A stretch of DNA of 64,000 bases from Syntrophales bacterium (GCA_963668175.1 OY764159.1:2752001-2816000); one strand, 5' to 3'. Shown: positions 9,661 to 19,145, counted from the stretch's first letter. Made by a program: numbers and translations. Notes: generated by a model from the letters alone, not told the origin.

Positions 9661-9833
9661 GTATAGGCAATTCCTGGGCGGCGAACAGCTGGACGTCGGC
9701 CGCGTGGGCGGCAAACAGCTGGCAAAACTGGACCGTTGAAGCGTCGACCGCCGGCATGTACCTCATCATCGACGCGGACGGAAACGTCGAAGTCAAATAC
9801 TGCACGAAGGTGAAGCAACTCGGGACGGCATAG
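9657..9833 (+). CDS. Small Trp-rich phage protein (58 aa)
   Basis: ATGA overlap; MSIGNSWAANSWTSAAWAANSWQNW..., stop TAG 9831-9833. Confidence 0.55.
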   Translation: MSIGNSWAANSWTSAAWAANSWQNWTVEASTAGMYLIIDADGNVEVKYCTKVKQLGTA

Positions 9834-9842
9834 GAGGATGAC

Positions 9843-10085
9843 ATGCTCTGGGTAACGATATCGAAGAAATGGCACCAACCGACGATCTACACGAATCTCA
9901 CGCGGGACGACGGGATCGAGCTGTCCTTGCCCGTGGCGGACTTTGTCGAGGCCGTGCGGCGGGAGATCGGCTCGGTGACCTTCACCATGACGGAGGCCCA
10001 GTTCAAAGCAAAGATCGAGGCGGCGCGGGACATCGTGATCGAGGGCATCAAGGAGGAGTCGGTCAAGTGCGTAGGGGTGAATTGA
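9843..10085 (+). CDS. Hypothetical phage protein
   Basis: AGGAGG RBS; 80 aa; coupled to next gene. Confidence 0.65.
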   Translation: MLWVTISKKWHQPTIYTNLTRDDGIELSLPVADFVEAVRREIGSVTFTMTEAQFKAKIEAARDIVIEGIKEESVKCVGVN

Positions 10086-10513
10086 TGGACGCCCATACGA
10101 TTCCCTTCGTTCCGGACCACATCGGCGAACTCAATCTGTCGCCGGATTTTCCGTTCGAGAGCCGGAACCTGGATTTCTTCGTCAAGGCGGGACCGGCCGT
10201 AACACTCGTCGTGGACGGCCGTAAGATCGGCTGCGGCGGCGTGGCCTTTCCCTGGGACGGCATGGGCGAAGCCTGGGCCTGTTTCGATGTGGACGTCGCC
10301 AGGTATCCGCTTTGCGCGTTCAAGCTGTCCCGCAAATTTCTGGACGATGTTTTCATGGCGTGCGGCATGAGGCGGATGCAGGCCATGGTCCGGGCGGACG
10401 CGCCCCGGCACCGCCGGTTCGTCGAGCACCTGGGATTTTCGTTCGAAGGCCTTCTGCAGGCCTTCGACAAGGACGGTAACGATTTCATGATGTATGCGAG
10501 GATCAAACCATGA
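10085..10513 (+). CDS. Phage GNAT-like acetyltransferase (virion-module type)
   Basis: TGATG coupling; GG....W.G.GEAW, RR.QA.V and F.E.LGF..EG motifs. Confidence 0.8.
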   Translation: MDAHTIPFVPDHIGELNLSPDFPFESRNLDFFVKAGPAVTLVVDGRKIGCGGVAFPWDGMGEAWACFDVDVARYPLCAFKLSRKFLDDVFMACGMRRMQAMVRADAPRHRRFVEHLGFSFEGLLQAFDKDGNDFMMYARIKP

Positions 10514-11235
10514 GCGCAAGTTATGCACAGGCCGGGATGGCGCAGTTTTTCACCTCGGCGTCTTCGGCGAATCAGCAGTATACGGACTGGGAGTTGGGGG
10601 AACGCCAGCGGTACGCCTATCAACTCAAGTCACAGCTCTCCTGGCGCGAGGGCGAGATGGAGCAGCTTGCCATCAACGCCGAGAAATACCAGGCGAACGT
10701 CCAGGCGGTCCAGGCTGCGGCGGCGCAAAGCGATGCAGACGCACTGGCCGAGGCGGGACGGATGAAGGCACAGGCCCTCCAGGAAGACACGAACACGAAG
10801 GCGGCCCAGCTTTACGCCCATGCCGCCAAGTTCGGCGCGTTGACAAACAGCGGTTCGACGCTGGAGATCCTGAACGCCTTCGCCGCGAAGCGCGCCCAAA
10901 GCCTGGCGGAACAGAAATGGCAGACGGGCCAGCAGGTCTACGGTAAGAACATCGACGCCTACACAAAAGCGTCTCAGGCGGCGCTCACGCTTTACGACAC
11001 GAAGCTCAGGGAAGGCAACCTGCCCATGTACGCCTACCAGGGCGGGCTTTACATGATGGCCGGAGAGCAGGCGAAGAAAGACGCCACGGCCCGGATCGTC
11101 GCCGATCAGATTGCGGAGCTGGCGAAATCGGCCGAGATCTGGGGCAACGCCGCCGGAGGCGGCGGAAGCGGGGGCGGGGGCAGTATGGGCGGCATGACTT
11201 TTAATTTCGGCGGCAGCGGTGCTCCTAGCCAATAA
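10510..11235 (+). CDS. Internal virion (ejection) protein 1
   Basis: Ala/Gln-rich helical protein with A..A..G....GS.L motif after the GNAT gene, as in podovirus ejection modules. Confidence 0.6.
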   Translation: MSASYAQAGMAQFFTSASSANQQYTDWELGERQRYAYQLKSQLSWREGEMEQLAINAEKYQANVQAVQAAAAQSDADALAEAGRMKAQALQEDTNTKAAQLYAHAAKFGALTNSGSTLEILNAFAAKRAQSLAEQKWQTGQQVYGKNIDAYTKASQAALTLYDTKLREGNLPMYAYQGGLYMMAGEQAKKDATARIVADQIAELAKSAEIWGNAAGGGGSGGGGSMGGMTFNFGGSGAPSQ

Positions 11236-11256
11236 AGAACCATAAGGTGATATATC

Positions 11257-12948
11257 ATGCAGATCGTCATACCTGAAGAATTGACGGGATCGACGGAGTA
11301 TACGGCGGCTTCGCAGATGTCGAGATCCCTCTCCGCGATGGCGGACGTCTTCGCCAAGCAGTCGGCGCAGAGCGCCCAACGGAACCGGCAGCTGGACGAG
11401 ACCGTGGGGGTCATGCAGGACAGCAACAAAATCAACCAGACGTGTAACGATGCGGTCGCGCAATATAAGGGGATGACTTCCTATGAACGGGAACTGCGCG
11501 CGCAAAGCGGGTACGATCCGCTGGAAGACGACGCCAGACAGAAAATCGAGGAGGAGCGGGCAAAAATTACGAACCCGATCAGACTTGCTCTCTTCGATCG
11601 GGCGAGTCAAAGGGCCTTATATCAGGGGAGAGAAAAGGCCGATGCGATTATGACCGGCAAGATGAAGGTGGAGGCGCAGGGCGCATTAGACGCCTCTACG
11701 GAGTATCGGGTCGACTATACTCTTAACGGGTATCAAGAACCGAAAATCCCCTTATCCTCCGATCCCGATGCTCATCTTGAGGCCGTTGCCCGTGACAGAA
11801 GGCAATTCATGGCTAATCAGTATCGCGAACAACAGAGCTATCTGGCCGCAACCGTTGCTGGAGGGATGATCAACCAGGCCGAGGCCAAGGCACGCGACAC
11901 GTTGTTCCTAACGAACGTTGCATCGGGTCTTGCGGCCCAGGGGAGGATGACCGAAGCGGACGACTGGCTTGAAAGTAACCGTAACGCGATGACGCCGCAA
12001 AATTACGACCGTGCATACGCGAAACTTCGGCAGATACGCCAGGATGCGGACGTATCGAATCTCAAGGCGTATCTGAACGACCGTCATGTGATCAATCCGG
12101 TCGATCCCTATAATGCGGACGGAATGGAAACGTCGCCCCTGGAAAGAGCACAAGAAGCCGTTAAAGAGGCGACGTCGCCGGGTTTCGCCGAAGGGTACGG
12201 CCCCGATACGGTGAAGCGTGTGCAAGCAGCCGTGATCGGCCAATACGCCGAGCAGCGCGATCAATATAGGAACAAGCTCCCCGAAGTCCTGGGCGGGTTG
12301 TTGTCGGACGTCATGAACCGCAAGATCACCTCGGAGCAGCTGATGAACGATCATAACTTTCGGTACCTGAATTATCCTGAAAAGACTAATGTCCGCAATT
12401 TTACCGAGGCCGTCCAAAGGGCGGACGCTGCGGAAGCCGTCCAAGAAGGATCTCTGAATATGAAAGAGCGCCAGGAGATCTGGCGGAAGCAACAGAAGGA
12501 TGCGGTGAATAAAGCGGGGGAAATCAGGACCAACATTGCGCGCGGCCTCTATGCGAACCCGGCGGAAATGTTGCCCGAGTATTCCCGGTCGGACAATCCG
12601 CTCATTCTGAAACAATACCCCCAGGCGATGGCGGAATACAAACTTATTCAAGGCAATCGCGATTTGAAGGCGAATCTCGAACGCATCGCAACTGCGGCCG
12701 ACCAGGGCGTGCTCCATGCCGACGGGCCCGATCAAAACATGGCGGCGAGAGGATCGCTGCAGGACGATCTCATGGATATGTATAAGTCCGACAATACATT
12801 CCGCGGCGACAAAATGGAAAAGTGGGTCAAAGAGAAAATTCAGGAGATGGTGAAAAAGGCCGTGGGACAGTTGCTGGACAGGCAATTCCCCCTGATACCG
12901 GTTGTGAAAGCGTCCGAGGAACAGGGCGGCATAAAAGGCGGCGTGTAA
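11257..12948 (+). CDS. Internal virion (ejection) protein 2
   Basis: 563 aa helical protein; position between ejection protein 1 and tail fibre. Confidence 0.6.
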   Translation: MQIVIPEELTGSTEYTAASQMSRSLSAMADVFAKQSAQSAQRNRQLDETVGVMQDSNKINQTCNDAVAQYKGMTSYERELRAQSGYDPLEDDARQKIEEERAKITNPIRLALFDRASQRALYQGREKADAIMTGKMKVEAQGALDASTEYRVDYTLNGYQEPKIPLSSDPDAHLEAVARDRRQFMANQYREQQSYLAATVAGGMINQAEAKARDTLFLTNVASGLAAQGRMTEADDWLESNRNAMTPQNYDRAYAKLRQIRQDADVSNLKAYLNDRHVINPVDPYNADGMETSPLERAQEAVKEATSPGFAEGYGPDTVKRVQAAVIGQYAEQRDQYRNKLPEVLGGLLSDVMNRKITSEQLMNDHNFRYLNYPEKTNVRNFTEAVQRADAAEAVQEGSLNMKERQEIWRKQQKDAVNKAGEIRTNIARGLYANPAEMLPEYSRSDNPLILKQYPQAMAEYKLIQGNRDLKANLERIATAADQGVLHADGPDQNMAARGSLQDDLMDMYKSDNTFRGDKMEKWVKEKIQEMVKKAVGQLLDRQFPLIPVVKASEEQGGIKGGV

Positions 12949-13044
12949 GCATCCTGCGGTTTTTACCGCGCCGCATTGCATGGTCGTACGGATGGCGCAC
13001 AGGAACAAGGCATGGAATCGGCCAATGGCGGACAGGTGAATGAG

Positions 13045-14700
13045 ATGGCATACGAAAGCGAAACAGGATCGATCCCGGAGAGTGCCGACGGATACATGCC
13101 GACGGGACCGCATGACAACCTGAAATATGCTCCTGCGGTTTTTTACACAGAGCCGGGAAAAGACGGTCGGAATGAACCCTCGGGGACCGATGCGTTAACC
13201 GCCTGGTTAAGAAACGCCGTATTTATCCATGGTGTCGATGACAAAATGGAAGAAGTCGCGATGCAAAACGCCGTCGCCTGGTCCAGAATGCTCAACATTC
13301 CCGCCTCCGTCGCCTATGAGTATGGACCGGATATATCGAAGATGATCCGGAGTCGGGCGGATTCAAACAACTTCGTCACGGATTCGGGTATTGCCGACCC
13401 TCGGATCGTTATGGAGGACGAAAGGAAGAAAGACGAAACCGGCCGGTTCTACGGCATGGACGGGATGAATGCGGCCGACGCGATCGCCGGCGGATCGCCT
13501 CCGCAACAACCGGAAGGCAGGAATCCGTTCCGGAATATCTATGAGGCCAAGCGAAGGTCCCGTGCGGAATTGACCTACGAAGAACTTCAGGCGCGCCTGG
13601 CCTCCGACTGGATGCGTGAGGGAATGAGCAAGGAAGCCGCGATGGCCGAGGCATACGGCCATACGTCGGCGCAGACGGAAGCCTACGACCCGTTCACATT
13701 GTTTGCCGGGGGATTGGGCGCAGGCTATCGCCTGGGAAACACGGCGGCGAGCGTGGGCGAGCGGCTGTTCAGGGCGGGCGTGCAGTCGGCCGTCATGACG
13801 GCGGCGGATATCCCGATCAGCGGGATGATCACCCCCGCCATCGAGGAGAAGTATCCCGGCCTGGCCCTTCCGGCGAATCTCATCCTCAGCGTCATATCGG
13901 GCATCTCCATCGAGAAGGGCGCGGAGAAAGGCCTGATCAAGCTACTCGAAAGCAAAGGCATTAAAAACGCCGGGGCGGCAGCCGCGGAGATAAAAGCGGG
14001 TCTTGCCGAAAAGGCCGGAAGCGGGGAATTGGGGACGATGCTCGACAAGGCCATCGAGGCACGCGGCGGTGCGGCGGATAAGATCAGACCGCCGGCAACC
14101 GATATGAATGCGGCCGGTCCCGCCGAAGGCGTCAAGGCGGAAGGGGTGACGAGCAAACCAATTAATGGTTCATTTGTCAAAACAGAGAATCTACCAAAGA
14201 ACACGATCGTTGGAGACGAAAAAGCGATTGGCGCTTTGGTTGACTTCACCCTCGAAGATAAGACGAATGTGAAACGTGCGGTGCGATTTCAAACTGTGAC
14301 GCCTGAAGAGGCGGCAAGTCTCAAAGAACGGACAAGTCTCGAATTGGAAGGATATCATCACACGATAGATAATTATGGGATCAAGCACGTGCTGGAGCAA
14401 CATGGCGATCTGATTTCAGAGGGGCATCGTGGCCAATTGCCGATTGAAAGGAGCGATATCCAGATGATTCCGGAGATTGTCAATAACTATGATTCTGTGA
14501 AGTTGATTCCAAAAGGATCGAAAGGCGATGCTAGTCCTGCATTAGACCTTATAAGATACGAAAAAAGGATTGATGGATCCGTCTATTATGTCGAGGAGAT
14601 TAGGACCGGCCGGAATGAACTGACAACAAAATCCTTATGGAAGACGCGCGCCGCGAAAGATTCCAAGCCTGATGGCTCGAACCCTTTCTCTACGCCCTAA
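13045..14700 (+). CDS. Ejection/polyvalent-type protein with C-terminal PBECR3-like nuclease domain (start uncertain; ORF open from 12976)
   Basis: C-terminus H.ID...IKH....HG....E..RGQ.PI...DI..IP.IV..YD...Y.K..DG..YYVEE.R.....L..KS.W resembles the phage BECR-fold PBECR3 domain. Confidence 0.7.
   Translation: MAYESETGSIPESADGYMPTGPHDNLKYAPAVFYTEPGKDGRNEPSGTDALTAWLRNAVFIHGVDDKMEEVAMQNAVAWSRMLNIPASVAYEYGPDISKMIRSRADSNNFVTDSGIADPRIVMEDERKKDETGRFYGMDGMNAADAIAGGSPPQQPEGRNPFRNIYEAKRRSRAELTYEELQARLASDWMREGMSKEAAMAEAYGHTSAQTEAYDPFTLFAGGLGAGYRLGNTAASVGERLFRAGVQSAVMTAADIPISGMITPAIEEKYPGLALPANLILSVISGISIEKGAEKGLIKLLESKGIKNAGAAAAEIKAGLAEKAGSGELGTMLDKAIEARGGAADKIRPPATDMNAAGPAEGVKAEGVTSKPINGSFVKTENLPKNTIVGDEKAIGALVDFTLEDKTNVKRAVRFQTVTPEEAASLKERTSLELEGYHHTIDNYGIKHVLEQHGDLISEGHRGQLPIERSDIQMIPEIVNNYDSVKLIPKGSKGDASPALDLIRYEKRIDGSVYYVEEIRTGRNELTTKSLWKTRAAKDSKPDGSNPFSTP
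13565..14142 (+). repeat. 578-bp direct repeat, copy 1 (shared core of the two ejection-type genes)
   Basis: Near-identical to 15300-15877; both copies end at GTCAAGGCGGAA, where the sequences diverge. Confidence 0.95.
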
Positions 14701-14733
14701 ACGACGGACGGCAATCCCCATAAGGACGTAATT

Positions 14734-14762
14734 ATTATATCTCCTGCCGTCAAAGATGTCAA
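14734..14762 (-). promoter_or_regulatory. Antisense sigma70-type promoter TTGACA-17-TATAAT
   Basis: + strand ATTATA 14734-14739 and TGTCAA 14757-14762, 17-nt spacer. Confidence 0.7.
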
Positions 14763-14824
14763 GGAGAATGGAGCCGAAGTGAATGAAAATAAGGATTAAA
14801 TTGTGGACTACCAGGCCGCTGTGA

Positions 14825-14925
14825 CACGGCGCCGTGATTGGGGTGGCTGTAAAAGAAAAAAGCGAAGAAGGCAAAGTGTTCCGAACCGTTTACGATTGGG
14901 GCGATGTGAGTAGGAAAGTGAAGAG
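14825..14925 (+). pseudogene. Orphan 3' remnant of the LPD3-like tip
   Basis: Encodes V.VKE..EEGKVFRTVYDW.DVS.KVK, homologous to the end of 15062..16495. Confidence 0.75.
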
Positions 14926-15007
14926 AACCCCCCCGCTGGTTCATCTTCCAGCCAACCGGTTTATGGGGTGGGCGGGGCACCCTGGGGTTTCCCGATTGAC
15001 TGACGAT

Positions 15008-15036
15008 ATTTTACACGAATAATTCGGTGATGTCAA
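15008..15036 (-). promoter_or_regulatory. Antisense sigma70-type promoter TTGACA-17-TAAAAT
   Basis: ATTTTA 15008-15013 and TGTCAA 15031-15036. Confidence 0.6.
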
Positions 15037-15061
15037 GTGATATTAGACGGTTATACGTTAT

Positions 15062-16495
15062 GTGACGACAGATGTGATCCAAGAGAATTTTACGACGGCA
15101 CTGCAAAAAATCCGGCAATCGTGCGAATCGATGCCTAATCACGGAAATAAAAGTATGACCGTGTCAGCCGTAAACCATCTGATGAGATATAATGGCGCCT
15201 CCGTCCCGGGGCTGATCGCCGGCGGATCGTACCCGCCGCAACCACTGGAAGGCAACAATCCGTACCGTAATATCTATGAGGCAAACCGAAGACCCCTGTC
15301 GGAATTGACCTACGAAGAACTTCAGGCGCGCCTGGCCTCCGACTGGATGCGTGAGGGAATGAGCAAGGAAGCCGCGATGGCCGAGGCATACGGCCATACG
15401 TCGGCGCAGACGGAAGCCTACGACCCGTTCACATTGTTTGCCGGGGGATTGGGCGCAGGCTATCGCCTGGGAAATACGGCAGCGAGCGTAGGCGAGCGGC
15501 TGTTCAGGGCGGGCGTGCAGTCGGCCGTCATGACGGCGGCGGATATCCCGATCAGCGGGATGATCACCCCCGCCATCGAGGAGAAGTATCCCGGCCTGGC
15601 CCTTCCGGCGAATCTCATCCTCAGCGTCATATCGGGCGTCTCCATCGAGAAGGGCGCGGAGAAAGGCCTGATCAAGCTACTCGAAAGCAAAGGCATTAAA
15701 AACGCCGGGGCGGCAGCCGCGGAGATAAAAGCGGGTCTTGCCGAAAAGGCCGGAAGCGGGGAATTAGGACCGACGCTCGACAAGGCCATCGAGGCACGCG
15801 GCGGTGCGGGGGAGAAGATCAAACCGCCGGCAACCGATATGAATGCGGCCGGTCCCGCCGAAGGCGTCAAGGCGGAAAGTCAACTCGGCGACAGTGCCGC
15901 ATCTGCCGTGGAGAAAGAAGAAGCCGCCGCGGCCAATGCGTGGGCTGTGGAAAGATCGCCTTCGATCTCCACCGAGAAAATCGACGGCGTCAACGTCATC
16001 CAGAGCAGCAAAGAGAGCAGAATCGGCAGGGCCTACGATATTGTCATGCAATACCTGCCCCGTCCCGTAAAAAATCTCTTCGACGCGAAAACGACGGATG
16101 TCGAAACGGCCATAGAAAAAGGCGAAAAATTCTACCGAGGGGAATTGATGAACGCTCCCGTGAAAGCACCCGCCTTCGACGGCGATAATGTGAATTTCAC
16201 GATGAGTGGATTCCTGCATGTTTCGGCTCAGGATGGACGTGTATTGAAAACGGAAGATATTACAAGACGGATTAACCTTTTGCCGAAAGCGAAGGAGGTT
16301 CTGACAAATACGCCTTGCGTTGATGAAATGAGAATATGGCCCAATGGAGATAGAACATATGGGTTGCTCGGCCGCTTTGATGACGGCTCCGTAATCAGGG
16401 TTGTCGTAAAGGAGACAAAGCAAGAGGGCAAGGTATTCCGAACAGTTTACGATTGGAGCGACGTGAGCGACAAAGTGAAGAAATCAGGAATATGA
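15062..16495 (+). CDS. Paralogous ejection/polyvalent-type protein with C-terminal LPD3-like (BECR-fold) domain (start uncertain)
   Basis: Same core as 13045..14700; distinct tip V..PAF.G..V.FT..G..H.....R......RR..LLP.A..VL...Y.L.G......I.VVV.E......F.TVY. Confidence 0.65.
   Translation: MTTDVIQENFTTALQKIRQSCESMPNHGNKSMTVSAVNHLMRYNGASVPGLIAGGSYPPQPLEGNNPYRNIYEANRRPLSELTYEELQARLASDWMREGMSKEAAMAEAYGHTSAQTEAYDPFTLFAGGLGAGYRLGNTAASVGERLFRAGVQSAVMTAADIPISGMITPAIEEKYPGLALPANLILSVISGVSIEKGAEKGLIKLLESKGIKNAGAAAAEIKAGLAEKAGSGELGPTLDKAIEARGGAGEKIKPPATDMNAAGPAEGVKAESQLGDSAASAVEKEEAAAANAWAVERSPSISTEKIDGVNVIQSSKESRIGRAYDIVMQYLPRPVKNLFDAKTTDVETAIEKGEKFYRGELMNAPVKAPAFDGDNVNFTMSGFLHVSAQDGRVLKTEDITRRINLLPKAKEVLTNTPCVDEMRIWPNGDRTYGLLGRFDDGSVIRVVVKETKQEGKVFRTVYDWSDVSDKVKKSGI
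15300..15877 (+). repeat. 578-bp direct repeat, copy 2
   Basis: Near-identical to 13565-14142. Confidence 0.95.
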
Positions 16496-16581
16496 AGAGA
16501 ACCCCCCCGCTGGTTCATCTTCGAGCCAACCGGTTCATGGGGTGGGCGGGGCACCCTAGGGGATCCCGATTGACTGATTAT

Positions 16582-16610
16582 ATTTTACACGAATAATTCG
16601 GAGATGTCAA
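16582..16610 (-). promoter_or_regulatory. Antisense sigma70-type promoter TTGACA-17-TAAAAT
   Basis: ATTTTA 16582-16587 and TGTCAA 16605-16610. Confidence 0.6.
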
Positions 16611-16700
16611 GTGATATTCGATGGTTATACGTTATATGACGATGGATGCGATTCAAAAGATTTTGATGATGGCACTGCAAGAAATCAAGGAAAATAAAAC

Positions 16701-17000
16701 ATGACCGTATCGGCCGTAAATCATCCGATGAAATGCAACGGCAACGCCGTTCCGTGGCCGATCGCCGGCGGAACGTTTCTGCCGGAGCGGGAAGGCGGGA
16801 ACAGCCCGGTACTCGACCTCATCTCGAAAGAAAGAAGGATTGATGGATCTGTCTATCGCATCGAAAAAGTGAGGGCAGGACGGAACGATCTGATAAAAAA
16901 TCCTTATGGAGGCCGCGCGCCGCGTAAGATTCCAAGCCTGATGGCTAGAACCCTTTCTCGACGCCCGAAGCGACGGACGGCAATCCCCATAAGGACGATC
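16701..17000 (+). pseudogene. Internally deleted third cassette: 5' part like 15155-15230 fused to a decayed PBECR3 3' end
   Basis: MTVSAVNH.M..NG..VP..IAGG matches the 15062 gene; ~16812-16997 aligns with ~14542-14728 (RIDGSVY) with a frameshift. Confidence 0.75.
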
Positions 17001-17002
17001 AT

Positions 17003-17031
17003 ATGGTATCGCCTGCAATAAACGGTGTCAA
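17003..17031 (-). promoter_or_regulatory. Antisense sigma70-type promoter TTGACA-17-TACCAT
   Basis: ATGGTA 17003-17008 and TGTCAA 17026-17031. Confidence 0.45.
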
Positions 17032-17102
17032 GCCGAAGGGACCCTGCCCGCGTCGCAGGACGACGCAAAAAATAGATTAGAACGATACGAACAGGAGAGT
17101 AA

Positions 17103-19145
17103 ATGACAGTAGAGACCACAGACAATCGCATTTCCCATGTCGGCGACGGATCGACGATCCAGTTCGCCTTTCCCTTCGGCATTTTCGGCACGGACGATAT
17201 CGTCGTCTATCTGGCAACGGCGGGAGGTTCGAAGGTTCTGCAACAAAGGGGCGTCGACTACGACGTAACCCTTACGAACCCGGACGACCTGCCGTCGCCC
17301 GGCGTGATCACGTTCTGCCAGCTACCGGCGCCTGTGCCGCCGACTCCGCAACAGACCGTGAAGATCGTAAGGACGCTCCCCTACACGCAGGAGATCGAAA
17401 TCACGAACGGCGGGCCGATGCCGGCCGCATCCCTGAACGAAGCCTTCGACCGGGCCGTGATCCTCATGCAGCAGCTCCAGGACCAGCTACGCCAGGCGAC
17501 CATGTCGCTGGGCGAGATCGTGGCTTCGGACTTCTTCAAGCTCCTGGCGGTTTCCGGTAATGCAACGGCCGCAAGGGCGCTCCTTCAAGCCCAGCAACTG
17601 AACAATAACCTGACGGCCCTCTCGGGCCTAAGCGGCGCGGCGAACCTGCTTCCGTACTTCACCGGGACGGGAACGATGACGACGACTCCCCTGTCGTCCT
17701 TCGCCCGTGGCCTTCTTGACGACCAAAGCCCCGCGGCAGCCAGAACAACCCTTCAAGTCGACAATTCCGGAGGCGTGACCTGGAAGCAGCTCGCGTCCGG
17801 GACGGATTTTCAGACGACCTGCCCCACGGCCTCGACCATTACGATGAGCAGCGACCAGACGGCAAACATCAAATTCGGGACGCTCATCAAAGTCAAGATA
17901 AGCGGCGGGTATTATGTGGGCCAGTGCGTGACATGCACGGCCGTTCTCCTCACGGTGTCGGGGGTGGCCCTCAGCACGGGGAGCAACGCTCTACAGGAAC
18001 TCTACTACACGTCGTTTTCGGACATGGAGAGGGACATCCAGCAGGTCACGAAAAGATATTACGCGGCCGACGGTTCCGGGGTCGACACCGTAACGGCGAC
18101 ATTGGACCCGCCTCCTCCGGCCCTGGTGGACAAGATGCATTGCCGGATCGTGGCGGCCGGTAAGAATACGGGGGCGATGACATTCGAGCCCAACGCCCTT
18201 GGGCGGAAAGACATTGTCAAGCTGAACAATGTTCCGATGGCGGAGGGCGACATACCCGGCCAGTATTTCGTCATGGACCTGCAATACAGTTCCGCCCTGG
18301 ATAAATGGGTCATCCTGAACGCCGGCGTTCCCAATGGCGTGATCTCCCAGTCGAAACTTAAGACATCAAGTGAGACTGCCGGTACATTGTCCATCATTTC
18401 GGGCGGCACGGTTGAAAGTAGCTATACGCTGCCGGGGGGCGAGTATGGGTTCATGCCATCGTTTCGTTGTTGGACGAATGAATCCGGGAGATGGCCGGTG
18501 AATTTATATTCGGGGCTTCTTCAGGATTATGACGGCTACACTCTCGGAAATACAAACAAGAACGTGATATACATGAAATTCACCGGCGGTACGATTGCGG
18601 GAACGAGCTGGTTCCAGTGCAACCAAAGATATGTGACGTCCTCCGGCGAAGTTCCCTGGTTCTTTGCCCTTCGCGACAAAACAACAAAGTTCGTCAAGGC
18701 GGCAGTCTTTTCGCTCGATCATCCATGCTTCGGCAACGGCGGCAAGCCTGCTCTCGTTCCTCATCCCTTCCAGACGCCGAAAGACGACGAGGAAATTATC
18801 GTCGTTCACCCGACACCCGAGCAAATAGCTGCGGCGGAGGATTACTCCGTCCGGGGCGATGACGAAGCGGACTATTCTGTGTTGAGATCCCTCCTTGAAT
18901 TGTACGATATTGACGAAGACTCCAAACCGTCCTGGCCGGATGTTCCCGTCACCGTAGGCATCACAAAAGTATTGAGTCCGCAGGGGCGCATGGTCAAGGC
19001 CAATGCGGATAATTTAAAGGCGGTCCCCGAAAACACTCCTATCGAGGTTATAAAGAAGGTCATCCCGCAGACTGAAGGTTTGATCTGCAGGGCCTTCAAG
19101 GCGAAGGAAACGAAAACCGCCAAGGAGGACGCCGTCCATGGATGA
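17103..19145 (+). CDS. Tail fibre protein
   Basis: T7 gp17-like anchor MTV......GDGST..F.FPF.I....DI.V...DY.V...V.I.R..P.TQ...DR.....Q; LPYFTG......LS.FAR.LLDD shaft repeat. Confidence 0.85.
   Translation: MTVETTDNRISHVGDGSTIQFAFPFGIFGTDDIVVYLATAGGSKVLQQRGVDYDVTLTNPDDLPSPGVITFCQLPAPVPPTPQQTVKIVRTLPYTQEIEITNGGPMPAASLNEAFDRAVILMQQLQDQLRQATMSLGEIVASDFFKLLAVSGNATAARALLQAQQLNNNLTALSGLSGAANLLPYFTGTGTMTTTPLSSFARGLLDDQSPAAARTTLQVDNSGGVTWKQLASGTDFQTTCPTASTITMSSDQTANIKFGTLIKVKISGGYYVGQCVTCTAVLLTVSGVALSTGSNALQELYYTSFSDMERDIQQVTKRYYAADGSGVDTVTATLDPPPPALVDKMHCRIVAAGKNTGAMTFEPNALGRKDIVKLNNVPMAEGDIPGQYFVMDLQYSSALDKWVILNAGVPNGVISQSKLKTSSETAGTLSIISGGTVESSYTLPGGEYGFMPSFRCWTNESGRWPVNLYSGLLQDYDGYTLGNTNKNVIYMKFTGGTIAGTSWFQCNQRYVTSSGEVPWFFALRDKTTKFVKAAVFSLDHPCFGNGGKPALVPHPFQTPKDDEEIIVVHPTPEQIAAAEDYSVRGDDEADYSVLRSLLELYDIDEDSKPSWPDVPVTVGITKVLSPQGRMVKANADNLKAVPENTPIEVIKKVIPQTEGLICRAFKAKETKTAKEDAVHG

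Noticed and set aside
14640..15000. Bona fide tRNA genes (GGTTCGA on the minus strand; cloverleaf-like block)
   Set aside because: No canonical D-arm, anticodon arm and acceptor geometry or CCA could be built; kept only as a possible structured ncRNA
13565..19145. Diversity-generating retroelement acting on the tail fibre or ejection genes
   Set aside because: No reverse transcriptase in the window, and repeat differences are not confined to adenines; no template/variable repeat pair for the fibre C-terminus seen
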